Below are positions 1 through 9,575 of a DNA stretch of 64,000 nt, piece by piece; the first letter of the stretch is position 1, and the number at the start of each line of letters is the position of its first letter. The notes beneath the pieces are model-generated. The model was not told the DNA's origin and did no database searches. It saw nothing but the letters and a program-made list of their open reading frames with translations. The position numbers and the translations under genes were made by a program. Origin of the DNA: Cyanobacteria bacterium P01_A01_bin.123 (GTDB lineage: Bacteria; Cyanobacteriota; Cyanobacteriia; Phormidesmidales; Phormidesmidaceae); the NCBI GenBank assembly GCA_039815185.1, contig JBCBZT010000008.1:64001-128000 (forward strand), read 5' to 3'.

Positions 1-185
1 GCTTTCTGGCGCATCAAAGCGCCTTGAGTTGAAGCGTAGTTGAGAACTTCATCCAAGACACCATCCGTTGTTACAAGTGGGATGTTAGGATTTTGGCGAG
101 TATAGTGGAGAGCTGATTTATGCCAGTCATCTCTTGGGTTTAAGAGAGCAAGCCAATAGAAAGTGTCGGCAAAGACAGACTTCAC
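1..185 (-). CDS. PIN-domain (VapC-like) toxin, 5' part only (runs off the window)
   Basis: Not in the ORF track. Manual translation from GTG at 185 gives VKSVFADTFYWLALLNPRDDWHKSA...LVTTDGVLDEVLN, a typical PIN N-terminus (DT..W.AL....D..H; TT..V..E). The start overlaps the stop of the upstream ORF (GTGA). Confidence 0.8.
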   Translation of the reverse strand, partial: MKSVFADTFYWLALLNPRDDWHKSALHYTRQNPNIPLVTTDGVLDEVLNYASTQGALMRQK

Positions 186-439
186 GTTTGTTGCAATCCC
201 TTTTTGGGTGTGCCGTAAATATAGTGATTATGCTCAACGGCTCCATCAGTCGGCAATGTATCGAGTATCTGGGGTGGGATATCGGCAGTCAGTTCCTCTA
301 TAAATTCTGAAAAGGGTGTTGCTTGTCTTTGTTGCCGATGATATTTCATTTTTGCTAGCAATAGGAAGTCAAGCAGTTCTTCAATTACAGGGTTTGGAAC
401 CTGTTCGATTTCACGGATAAGCAGCTCTTTAGGGGTCAT
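182..439 (-). CDS. Small antitoxin-like protein, partner of the PIN toxin
   Basis: ATG at 439 (MTPKELLIREIEQVPNPVIEELLDFLL...LPTDGAVEHNHYIYGTPKK), 85 aa, translationally coupled to the PIN gene. Confidence 0.7.
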   Translation of the reverse strand: MTPKELLIREIEQVPNPVIEELLDFLLLAKMKYHRQQRQATPFSEFIEELTADIPPQILDTLPTDGAVEHNHYIYGTPKKGLQQT

Positions 440-501
440 GACCAGTCCCGAACGTCCTGAGCTTATTGTAGTTGTTCTGACGATCTCAAGTAAAAAGCTG
501 A

Positions 502-1164
502 TTGACAACAGTATTGTCGTTAAATCGTAGAAATGTTTGTTTGTTAGGGGTGATATTGATCCAACTCCAGCACATCCCCAAAATGATTCGGGCACAGCGT
601 GAACATCGCTTTGGGGACTTTGCCATTCTCAAAGCTGATTTGCTGGGGGCTAAAGCAAATGATGCGATCGCGCCTCAATTAACGTCCGTCATAGGCTACT
701 ATCCCCCCATTGATCTAGACGCCTTGCTGCAACTGCCCCAGGACAGCTTTGGCTATGCCTATGCCCAGCACATGAACACTAACCAACTCACACCAATCCA
801 TGTGAGCCCAGCATTAGATGAAGTGGCGCGTCGCAATGTGTTTGCCCTCCGCTATGCCGTGACGCATGACATTTTCCATGTGTTGTTAGGGTTTGACACC
901 AGCTATGCCGGAGAAATTGGCGTTCTGGCTTTTGCGGTTGAGCAGGGCTATAGCGAGGGGCAGAAGTTTGCTTTGACCTTGGCCAAGTTGATTTACCCCA
1001 TTCTGGCACCGGGGCAAAGGCAGGCGATCGCGGCCAATGTGAAAACAGGTCAGGCGATCGCCAAACAAGCCGATTTTTTGTTGGGATATCGCTTTGAAGA
1101 CCACTGGCACGAGCCTTTAGAAATAGTGAAAGCTCAACTTAGATTAGATGGAATCAAGAATTAG
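502..1164 (+). CDS. Coq4-family protein (true start probably downstream of 502)
   Basis: LLQLPQDSFGYAYAQHM and HDIFH..LGFDT...GE motifs (HDxxH...E metal site). Confidence 0.75.
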   Translation: MTTVLSLNRRNVCLLGVILIQLQHIPKMIRAQREHRFGDFAILKADLLGAKANDAIAPQLTSVIGYYPPIDLDALLQLPQDSFGYAYAQHMNTNQLTPIHVSPALDEVARRNVFALRYAVTHDIFHVLLGFDTSYAGEIGVLAFAVEQGYSEGQKFALTLAKLIYPILAPGQRQAIAANVKTGQAIAKQADFLLGYRFEDHWHEPLEIVKAQLRLDGIKN

Positions 1165-1343
1165 GAAACTTGCAAGAATGGTGATCAGAAACCAGCATAA
1201 TACGACCCGTTCCTAATCACCGCTCTCCCAACCAGTGAGTGCACCCCAGCCATAATTGGTGCATTAGCTATCAACACCATCCTAAACACGGGAAGTGAAT
1301 GATTTCAGTAACGCTGCTGTTCCAGTCAGGGATTAGGATTAAC

Positions 1344-3185
1344 CTAACCCACCTCAGTCGCCACAATCCCGGTTAAGTCATCAAGCTGAGCCATATCGAG
1401 GGGCCGTCCTCCAAAGTTGTCATACATCCTCGCCAATGCGCCTGTAAACGCAGCGTTGTAGTCCAAGGCCACCTCGTTAGCAATAAAATCAGTGCGCACA
1501 TCTTGATAAGCAAAATCATCAGGCGCAGAAGGCCCACCCACTAAGGCCCCATATAGGACATGCTCATTGGGGGCTGAATCGCTGATATTCGTCGTCCCTG
1601 AAGCGGCCCGATGGTGGGGATTCAACGGAGATTCTTCACCAAACCCAACCATATAGCTAAAGTCGTTGGGATTATCCCCCAGGATGTAGTCGATTTGGCT
1701 TTCCGCAAACTCTGAATACTCGCCATTCGGGTCATTAACGGTATCACTATAAACACCAGCTAGAAAAGCCGTATTCGCGGAATACCGGAGCGACCCCCAC
1801 TGATCGAGCCAGGCTAAGCCGCCGTCTGTATAGGATACGCTACCCCCCGGCATCCAGGAGTTGAGCCAACTTTCAACATCATTGCGATATCGAGCGTCAC
1901 CCGTCTCCTGAGCCAGCAAAATTGCGGCACCATAGGATTTGTTATCCCAAGATTGAGTCCAACCGGGGCCAACACTTTGGTAGGCGCTTTCAGCCTTATT
2001 GAGATAGGTCGTATCGGTTTGGCCACTCGCTTCGATCGCTTTATGCAGCCAAACTGCCCCCCAAGTCAGTTCATCGGCGTAACCACTCCATGAATTGTAA
2101 AAGGAGGCCGCATCGGGAATTGCATCAGAATAGTTACCCCGATAGGTATCGGCAAAGTCGTAAAGCTGGATGGCGTTTTCCAAAAGCTTATCGGCATAAT
2201 TTGAATCACTTTCTCGAAACGCGATCGAAGCTGATGCCAGTGCCGCCGCCGCTTCACCCGCTAAATCAGACCCAGGATTTTGCCGATCAATCTTGTAGGC
2301 AGGCCGCGCCATGGTCATATCTTCGGGTGCGCCCCAGTAAGCATGATCGATATCACCATCGCCAACCTGGCCCCAAAATTCTTTGGTCCCGTTGGCATCG
2401 GTGACATGCGCCTTCAGCAGGTAGTCTGTGCCCCATTTGATCGCCTCGAGGGATTCATCCAGCTGCCCACTCTGCTCATAACCCGCCTCATACTCATCTA
2501 CCCCCCAACTCAGCAGGGTCATCGCGGACGCCATGGGCAGACCGAATTTAACATGGTCTCCGGCGTCATAGTAGCCACCGCTTAGATCCACGCCAACATC
2601 AGCACCGTCATTGAGGGCAGAATCGCCCCGCCATTCAATCCGGTTGTCGTCAGGTAAATCGCCAGAACGCTGGGCCTCATAGAATAACAAGGATTTTTGT
2701 AGCGCTTCACCATAGTTGAATTGGCCTGATCCAGCTGGATTACCTGATGGATCCGTTGGGTCGGGTGTTGGATCAGGGGTTGGGTTGGGTGTCGGATCGG
2801 GCGTCGGATCGGGGGTTGGGTCGGGTGTCGGATCAGGGGTTGGATCGGGTGTCGGATCGGGCGTCGGATCAGAGGTTGATGCTAAGGGCTCGCCATTGAG
2901 CTGATAATTGCCAATCTCAATAGCTGCTCCGTTGGGTTTGGCACCATTAAAACCAAAAGTAATCGTGTCTCCGGATGAAACGTTGCTATTCCAGTCGAGA
3001 TTGCCGATGACATAACGGTTGCCTTCACGGCTAAGAATCTCGGCATTCCAGATGTTGGAAATCTCAAAAGAAGCCTCAAATTCAATCGTCCATTCACTCA
3101 AGTCATCACCGGGATTGACCAGCGAAAAATCGGCAGTAAAACCACTGCCCCAATCGTTTCTCACGAAGAGCTCAGCTAAATTCAT
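1344..3185 (-). CDS. CBM2 - Pro/Thr linker - GH9 endoglucanase
   Basis: N-terminal DWGSGF...W..IWNA CBM2. GH9 motifs LFYEAQRSG, GGYYDAGDHVKF, PHHR, NEVALDYNA. Confidence 0.92.
   Translation of the reverse strand: MNLAELFVRNDWGSGFTADFSLVNPGDDLSEWTIEFEASFEISNIWNAEILSREGNRYVIGNLDWNSNVSSGDTITFGFNGAKPNGAAIEIGNYQLNGEPLASTSDPTPDPTPDPTPDPTPDPTPDPTPDPTPNPTPDPTPDPTDPSGNPAGSGQFNYGEALQKSLLFYEAQRSGDLPDDNRIEWRGDSALNDGADVGVDLSGGYYDAGDHVKFGLPMASAMTLLSWGVDEYEAGYEQSGQLDESLEAIKWGTDYLLKAHVTDANGTKEFWGQVGDGDIDHAYWGAPEDMTMARPAYKIDRQNPGSDLAGEAAAALASASIAFRESDSNYADKLLENAIQLYDFADTYRGNYSDAIPDAASFYNSWSGYADELTWGAVWLHKAIEASGQTDTTYLNKAESAYQSVGPGWTQSWDNKSYGAAILLAQETGDARYRNDVESWLNSWMPGGSVSYTDGGLAWLDQWGSLRYSANTAFLAGVYSDTVNDPNGEYSEFAESQIDYILGDNPNDFSYMVGFGEESPLNPHHRAASGTTNISDSAPNEHVLYGALVGGPSAPDDFAYQDVRTDFIANEVALDYNAAFTGALARMYDNFGGRPLDMAQLDDLTGIVATEVG
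2749..2870 (-). repeat. 12-bp tandem repeat encoding the (DPTP)n linker, about 10 units
   Basis: Repeated ggatcgggtgtc-like units; the protein reads DPTPDPTP... Confidence 0.9.
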
Positions 3186-3574
3186 GTTTTTGGTTGAAGC
3201 CTTACGACAAGATCAGAACAAGACCCATTCGGCACAGCGAAATAAGTAACTGGGTACTGGAATCTTGGTAAATGCAGTTGTCAACTGAAAGCAGAGAATT
3301 AACCTTGAAAAAGAATTCAAAAATCAGGCGTCAGAACTCAGTTCCCCACTCAGTATAGGCAGGGATATTTGTTTATGCCGTACAGAAAATGTGAGAAAAA
3401 ATCTGGCATGTAGTACAAAAAGTGCCGAAGATCTTTTCCGTATCTGCATTAAGGCAATTTCTCCAAAGGAATATACCGGGAGCCCCCTGCGCCCAAATCC
3501 TGTGTAGAGTTGATTCTTTAGCCAAAAGATATTTCTGAGGGAAAGCCAATGTCAAAGTCGTTAAAGGTTTTTGA

Positions 3575-3642
3575 GGCCCCCAAATCCTAAATCTTGGGCT
3601 TTGAGTCTTGTCTCCCCCAGGATTGGTGGGCTAGGGAAGGCC
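3575..3642. repeat. Degenerate cyanobacterial GC-rich palindromic (REP-like) intergenic repeat
   Basis: ggcccccaaatcc...ttgggctttgag...tcccccaggattggtgggctagggaaggc has the CCCCC/GGGGG double-hairpin layout and lies just after the epimerase stop codon. Confidence 0.45.
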
Positions 3643-3664
3643 TGGATAACCTTTGAGTGCCTAT

Positions 3665-4534
3665 CTAGCCCACCTCAGCCGTCATTGTGATGACGGTTTC
3701 CACTGTAGCTCCAGGCTCTGCCGTGAGTAGATGCTTGCCCGTATTAAGGGCATTGCGGGGGCCGCTCCAGGGTTCAACGCAGTAAAAGTCTTTACCCTTC
3801 ACTGCCCAAAACACCAGGGTAGAGTAGTTCGAGTCATACTCAATGGTGAGCTTCAGGTTTCTACTCGCGTCGGTGACGCTGGCAGACGGGCCGGTGAGGT
3901 TAATAAAGGCGAAATCGATTTCATCTTGATCGAAGTCAAACTGACCGGAGAAATCGTGAACTTCACTGCCCCCTTTAATTTGATATTGAGTCGAGGGCAG
4001 GTTAACGGTGAGTTGACCTTTGTCAGCCACCGCAAAGTAGGGGTGAATGCCAGTAGAAAAGGGCATGGGCTGCTGAGACAGATTGGTGTGGCAATACCGC
4101 AGTTCTAGGGTGTTGCCCTTCAGGGTGTAGCTATAGTTCAGTTCAAAGTCAAAGGGATAGCCTGCACGGGTGGCGTCGCTGCTTTTGAGGGTAACAGTGA
4201 GGCTAACGCCGTCGTCGGTCGATTGCTCGGTGACCTCCCAGGGCAGGGTACGGGCAAAGCCGTGTTGCTTTTGGGCGTAGGTTTGGCCATTGAGTGTATA
4301 AGTGTCGTCAACCAGGTTGCCGCAGATGGGAAACAGCAGCGGAATCCCCCCCCGCACCGACAAGCTGGGATCTTTGAAGCGCTCTGCATCTAGGTAAAAC
4401 ACTTCCTGCCCTTGGACTTGCCAACTGGTGATGATGCCACCCCGTTCTGGCACCACCTTGATTTGGGTTTGGGTGGCCTCATCAGAGAGAACGTAGGTTT
4501 TATATTGTTGTTGCTCAACGGCGATCGCGACCAT
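3665..4534 (-). CDS. Aldose 1-epimerase / galactose mutarotase-like protein
   Basis: RGGIPLLFP, QHGFAR, HPYF and FYCVEPW motifs. Confidence 0.9.
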   Translation of the reverse strand: MVAIAVEQQQYKTYVLSDEATQTQIKVVPERGGIITSWQVQGQEVFYLDAERFKDPSLSVRGGIPLLFPICGNLVDDTYTLNGQTYAQKQHGFARTLPWEVTEQSTDDGVSLTVTLKSSDATRAGYPFDFELNYSYTLKGNTLELRYCHTNLSQQPMPFSTGIHPYFAVADKGQLTVNLPSTQYQIKGGSEVHDFSGQFDFDQDEIDFAFINLTGPSASVTDASRNLKLTIEYDSNYSTLVFWAVKGKDFYCVEPWSGPRNALNTGKHLLTAEPGATVETVITMTAEVG

Positions 4535-4756
4535 AAGTTAGCCTTCCAAAAACAACTCCTGCTCCTAAGGTCGCACACAATGGCCCCCGCAAGGTTCTCA
4601 AAAGATTATGAAGCGGTTAAGGTCAGTCATGGCGGCACGATTCACTGAGGCTCGTGCTAGTCTCTGTTCTATGTGAGGCGAGCCGTATTTTTCCACCCCG
4701 ACCATCAGATCCGAAAATTGTGCACAAACGATAGGCCAACATAGGGAGTTTCTATC

Positions 4757-6238
4757 ATGTCTGAGCCCAATGGCGTGATGATGCAATACTTTCACTGGTA
4801 CATCCCCTCGGATGGGAACCTTTGGAATCAGGTCAAAGATCAGGCTAAAGATTTAGCGGCGGCTGGGGTTACGTCTCTTTGGCTACCCCCTGCCTACAAA
4901 GGCACAGGCGGCGGTTATGACGTCGGCTATGGCGTTTACGACATGTTCGATCTGGGGGAGTTTGATCAAAAAGACTCAGTTCGGACTAAATATGGCACTA
5001 AGAATGAGTACATCGCGGCTATTCAAGCCGCCCATACAGCGGGTATTCACGTTTATGCTGATGTCGTCTTCAACCACAGACTGGGAGCCGACCAAACTGA
5101 AGAAGCCGAAGCCAGACCCTTCAACCCCGATGATCGCAACCATCCCCTCGGTGATTACCGCACCATCCAAGCCTGGTCTCATTTCACGTTTCCCGGTCGG
5201 CAGGGTAAGTATTCTGACATGGAGTGGCACTGGTGGCACTTCGACGCCGTGGACTACAACGCCAGAGGCGATGGCCCCCAGGCCGTGTATCTCTTCAAAG
5301 ACAAAGCCTTCGACCAAAACGTCGATTTAGAAAAGGGCACCTTTGACTACCTGATGGGCTGCGACCTCGACATGGCCCACCCAGACGTCCAAAACAACCT
5401 CAAAGACTGGGGCGCTTGGTTTGTCGAAACCACCGATGTGGATGGCTTCCGGTTTGATGCCGTGAAGCATGTGCGGGCAGAGTTCTTTTCGGAATGGCTG
5501 CACCACTGTCGCCAGCAGTCTGACAAACCCCTGTTTGCAGTGGGCGAGTATTGGTCTTACGCGGTGGAGGCGCTCCATCACTTTATTAAAGTGACCGACG
5601 GGGATGTGATGTTGTTTGATGCCCCGTTGCACTACAACCTCAGCGCCGCCAGTACGGCAGGTTCAAGCTATGACCTGCGCCAAATCTTTGACAATACTCT
5701 GGTCAAACAGCAACCGGCTTTAGCCGTCACCCTGGTTGAGAATCACGACTCCCAACCGCTGCAAGCACTGGAATCGGTTGTAGAGAGTTGGTTTAAGCCC
5801 TTGGCCTACGCCTTAATTTTGTTACGGCGCGATGGGTATCCCTGTATTTTCTATGCCGACTATTACGGGGCCCATTACACCGACAAAGGACGCGACGGCA
5901 ATGAGCATGAAATTTGGCTCGACAGCCATCAATGGATCATTGATAAATTTCTAGAGGCCCGTCGCACCTACGCCTATGGCGATCAGTATGACTACTTTGA
6001 CCACGCTAATACCCTCGGTTGGACGCGGCTGGGAGATGAAAAACATCCGGGTGGCATGGCTGTGGTGCTCAGCAACGGCGAGGCGGGGACAAAATGGATG
6101 GAAGTGGGCCAAGCCGACTGTACCTATATTGACTTGACGGAACACATCAGTGAGTCGGTCACAACTAACGATGAGGGTTGGGGTGAGTTTCGCTGTAATG
6201 GCGGGTCGGTATCGGTTTGGGTGCCCCAGGCGTCATAG
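4757..6238 (+). CDS. amyA: Alpha-amylase, GH13 (AmyA-like, no signal peptide)
   Basis: MMQYFHW, WLPPAYKG, DVGYGVYD, DGFRFDAVKH, VGEYW and VENHDSQP motifs. Confidence 0.92.
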   Translation: MSEPNGVMMQYFHWYIPSDGNLWNQVKDQAKDLAAAGVTSLWLPPAYKGTGGGYDVGYGVYDMFDLGEFDQKDSVRTKYGTKNEYIAAIQAAHTAGIHVYADVVFNHRLGADQTEEAEARPFNPDDRNHPLGDYRTIQAWSHFTFPGRQGKYSDMEWHWWHFDAVDYNARGDGPQAVYLFKDKAFDQNVDLEKGTFDYLMGCDLDMAHPDVQNNLKDWGAWFVETTDVDGFRFDAVKHVRAEFFSEWLHHCRQQSDKPLFAVGEYWSYAVEALHHFIKVTDGDVMLFDAPLHYNLSAASTAGSSYDLRQIFDNTLVKQQPALAVTLVENHDSQPLQALESVVESWFKPLAYALILLRRDGYPCIFYADYYGAHYTDKGRDGNEHEIWLDSHQWIIDKFLEARRTYAYGDQYDYFDHANTLGWTRLGDEKHPGGMAVVLSNGEAGTKWMEVGQADCTYIDLTEHISESVTTNDEGWGEFRCNGGSVSVWVPQAS

Positions 6239-8104
6239 CCCACAGGTTTCTACCTGAACGAAAGTTCTCAGTAATCTTGTCAGATCATTGAGGATAAAAT
6301 TTCTAGACGTCTCCTCACCAAAAAACTCAACGGTACCTTGGTAATCGTCCAACTGTGGTAGATGTCCCTTTGGGGCGTCTAGGGATAACTTTTGGTTAAA
6401 GCGCCAAACGTCTGGCTCTTTCCAACCGACTTGTTCTGCAAATTTCAATAGGAAGGGCTGAGCTGTTTCCCGATCCCGAGTATTTTCGAGGGTTCCGCCG
6501 ACACTTTTATAAATCTCCTTTTGCACGCTAAAGCCAAAGCGATTGTCGCTGTGCTCTAGCCAGAGTTGGTCAAGCATGCGTAGGTCTTCGCACGCTAGCT
6601 CATTAGTAGTAGCAGTGGCGGATGTCAGAAAGTTCAACATTCTAAAGGTTTCTACATTGGCATCTTGCCAGCGTTGAGCGGCTAAAAGCTGGCGCAAATT
6701 GGCGTAGTAATCAGACGAGAGGTAACTCGATGAAGCCAAATTCAGCTCATCAGGGTTTGTCCATGAGTTCGGGTAAGTTGGGTTGTCAGTGGGGGCAATA
6801 TCTACCCAAGGTGGGGATTCACTGGAGGGCGCGATCGCGTTAGGGCTAGCGGTTGGCTCAGATGGGGATGTCTCTGATTGGGATGACTGTTCGCTAGGGG
6901 GACGCATTAAGACAATGGATAGGGTGACTACAGCTGCGATCGCGACGCCGACCCCACCTAACTGGAATAACCGCTGCCGACTCAAGCTGAACGATTGACG
7001 GGTTATCGGTTGAGCGGCTACAGGTTGAGGGGCTGCTGGGAGTAACGCTGCTTCAACAGGTGCAATATCGTCATGCTGCAACCCTAAAAGGTGCTGAAAC
7101 TGCTTGAGCTCTCTGCGGGTTTGATCGCTCAAGGGTTGTCCGGACGCGATCGCAGTCTCAACCGCCTGACGATACCGCTCTATATTGCTCAACCGCTCCC
7201 GGTATGGATGCAAGACTTCATCTTCGATTTTGTTCGCCGTTTCAGTGGTTAAGCCCAACTGGTCGCGTAGGGTATCCAAAATCATGCGACCCACCTGAGA
7301 AATTTCCCCCTGATTGACATAGCGCTGGGCTTCTTGGCGGTAACGCAGTGCTGGATCGTCAATTTGAGCCCGGATCAGCTGAATCTTGAACCCTTCTTTA
7401 ACGGCATAGATTTCCGGGTGCATGGCGGGGGCTGTTTCTCGCACTTTGCTCTTGGCGTAGTTGTGGAGTTCTTCAACATCAACCCAACCATCGTGGTTGA
7501 GATCGGCAACCCCCGTACTCAAACCTTCAACAATGTAGCGGGTATAGATAGAGAGATCCGACGATTGGTCTTCGAAGGAATATTGGGTCGAGGTTGATGA
7601 GGTAAGCACGACTCGCCCTTCACCCCCCAGTTGGGCCTTGATGTCTACGGCTGAGTCATCGGCTTTTGCCGTCATGCCCGTGGCAAACGCGCCACTGAAA
7701 CAACAGTCTAAAATCACAACCTGCCGTCTGCAGCGGCTATGGCTCATCAGCTCTTGCACAAAGCTGGCATTGACCGCTGTTGATCGAATCAATTCGCCAG
7801 TGGCTGTTTTCTGCGTATCTCGTGTGGCGAAGTAAAGCCTGCCCTGGTCATCTTTAATGCCGTGGCCTGAGAAGAACAGCAAAGCTAAGTCGTCTTTAGA
7901 TCTTTCTGCAAACAAAGACTCTATTTTGACCCGCAAGGTCTGCGGATCTGGATTTAGCAAGGTTTGGACAGTATCAAATCGACTTTCAGGATCACCGCTT
8001 TGAAGTGCGCGCTGAATCGCGTCGATGTCCTGTTGGGCTTTGGGAAGAGGACTGAGGCCAGGTTGGTACTCACTGACGCCAACTAACAGGGCAACTTTTG
8101 CCAT
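6233..8104 (-). CDS. Caspase-like (C14) peptidase - helical region - TM - GUN4-like domain
   Basis: ALLVGVSEY start; catalytic His in FFSGHG and Cys in ILDCCFSG; hydrophobic segment LGGVGVAIAAVVTLSIVL; GUN4 signature L..LLAAQRWQDAN.ET...CEDL..LDQLW...S..RFGFSVQKEIY...APKGHLP. Confidence 0.88.
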   Translation of the reverse strand: MAKVALLVGVSEYQPGLSPLPKAQQDIDAIQRALQSGDPESRFDTVQTLLNPDPQTLRVKIESLFAERSKDDLALLFFSGHGIKDDQGRLYFATRDTQKTATGELIRSTAVNASFVQELMSHSRCRRQVVILDCCFSGAFATGMTAKADDSAVDIKAQLGGEGRVVLTSSTSTQYSFEDQSSDLSIYTRYIVEGLSTGVADLNHDGWVDVEELHNYAKSKVRETAPAMHPEIYAVKEGFKIQLIRAQIDDPALRYRQEAQRYVNQGEISQVGRMILDTLRDQLGLTTETANKIEDEVLHPYRERLSNIERYRQAVETAIASGQPLSDQTRRELKQFQHLLGLQHDDIAPVEAALLPAAPQPVAAQPITRQSFSLSRQRLFQLGGVGVAIAAVVTLSIVLMRPPSEQSSQSETSPSEPTASPNAIAPSSESPPWVDIAPTDNPTYPNSWTNPDELNLASSSYLSSDYYANLRQLLAAQRWQDANVETFRMLNFLTSATATTNELACEDLRMLDQLWLEHSDNRFGFSVQKEIYKSVGGTLENTRDRETAQPFLLKFAEQVGWKEPDVWRFNQKLSLDAPKGHLPQLDDYQGTVEFFGEETSRNFILNDLTRLLRTFVQVETCGL

Positions 8105-8280
8105 GGGAACTTTGTAAATGCTATTACGGGGGCTGTCTCTGTGTGCTACAGCAGTTTTTGCAGACTTTCAGATTATTATGTCTCTCATTGGCCTTCAATC
8201 AAATATGGAAGTGTTGGCAATACGACTTCTAGAAGCGCCTTCGATATGATGGGTTGAGTCTTTCAGGCAATTGTTTTGTT

Positions 8281-9558
8281 ATGGATCGCATTGCCCAGTT
8301 CACCGAGGCGTATCGCAATCTGAACTTGTTTCCCCTGCTGTCAGCGGAAGATATTGGGCAATTTCGCGTCCCCTATGGTCAGCGCATTTTATCCCGATTA
8401 AAAAGAGCGATTTTGGCTGCGGGGGATGAGGGCAAGCTAATTTTTACCGGGCATCGAGGCTGCGGGAAATCCACCCTGCTGAACCAACTTGCGTTGGACA
8501 TGAGAAAAGAAGATCTCTTCGTCGCTTTTTTCTCCATTGCTGACATGGTGGAAATGTCGGATGTGAATCACATCAACATCCTTTATTCCATCGCGCTGAA
8601 GCTGCTGAGTCAGGCGACGAAGATGCGAGTGCCAATCCCTGAGACGACTAAAACCGCACTGATTAACTGGTTCAGCCAAACAAAGTCTCAAACCTATACT
8701 CAGCAGCTCAAGCAGGAACTTGCAGCAGGGGTGAATGTTTTCGATTTTTTCACTGGCAAGCTGCAAAAGGAAGGCTCTTTTAGAGAAGAGATTAAAGAAA
8801 CTTACGAACGTCGCGTTTCTGAGTTATCTCAGCACATCGATTTAATTGCCGCAGCCATTCAAACCGCGACGCAGAAAAAAGTGCTGGTGATCATTGACGA
8901 CCTGGATAAGCTTGATCTAGAAGTCGTCAAACCCATCTTCTTAGACAACATTAAGGCACTGTGTTCGCCCCATATTCGGGTAGTGTTTACGGTGCCGATT
9001 GCGGTGGTGCGCGAAACTCGGCTGTTGGCTACGCTAGAGTCTGAAAGCCGGATCGTGATGCTATCGGTGACGAAATTTTTCCCGAAGGAAGTCGCCCATG
9101 ACGCTGATGCAGAGCCGATTGAGGCCAATGTGGAGATGCTAGAGAGGGTGCTGGAAAAACGTATCCCCGATGCGTTAATTGAGCCAGACGTTAAACGAAA
9201 AATTGTGATCCTCAGCGGTGGCGTGTTGAGAGAACTGGTGCGGTTGGGCCAAGAATGTTGCCGGGAGTGCATGTTGGAGTTGGACATTGACCCAAAGAAA
9301 ACCGATCTCAAAATCGACCAGGCAATCTTAAAGGAAGCGGTGAAGTCGATACGCAACCAGTTTGCCCGGACTTTGGGCACTAATCTCTATGAATTGCTGG
9401 TTGAAACCTACACAAAATTCACCCCGCCCGATGCTAAGAGCGATGAGTTTTTAGAACTCCTCCATGGGCTATATGTGTTGGAATATGAGAATGACGACCT
9501 GTGGTACGACCTGCATCCCCTGGTGACGGATCTGCTGCGACGCAAAAGTTTGATCTAG
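8281..9558 (+). CDS. P-loop ATPase (STAND/KAP-like AAA)
   Basis: Walker A GHRGCGKST, Walker B LVIIDDLDK, SGGVLRELVRL and C-terminal WYDLHPLV. ATG at 8281. Confidence 0.85.
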   Translation: MDRIAQFTEAYRNLNLFPLLSAEDIGQFRVPYGQRILSRLKRAILAAGDEGKLIFTGHRGCGKSTLLNQLALDMRKEDLFVAFFSIADMVEMSDVNHINILYSIALKLLSQATKMRVPIPETTKTALINWFSQTKSQTYTQQLKQELAAGVNVFDFFTGKLQKEGSFREEIKETYERRVSELSQHIDLIAAAIQTATQKKVLVIIDDLDKLDLEVVKPIFLDNIKALCSPHIRVVFTVPIAVVRETRLLATLESESRIVMLSVTKFFPKEVAHDADAEPIEANVEMLERVLEKRIPDALIEPDVKRKIVILSGGVLRELVRLGQECCRECMLELDIDPKKTDLKIDQAILKEAVKSIRNQFARTLGTNLYELLVETYTKFTPPDAKSDEFLELLHGLYVLEYENDDLWYDLHPLVTDLLRRKSLI

Positions 9559-9572
9559 AAACCGGGTTTCTT
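9557..9572. repeat. Left arm of the AGAAACCGGGTTTCTT hairpin repeat split by the IS
   Basis: agaaaccgggtttctt is the exact reverse complement of aagaaacccggtttct just beyond the right IS end. Confidence 0.8.
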
Positions 9573-9575
9573 GAA

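Noticed and set aside
2716..2904. (GSGV)n ORF on the plus strand
   Set aside because: Antisense shadow of the DPTP linker of the GH9 gene.
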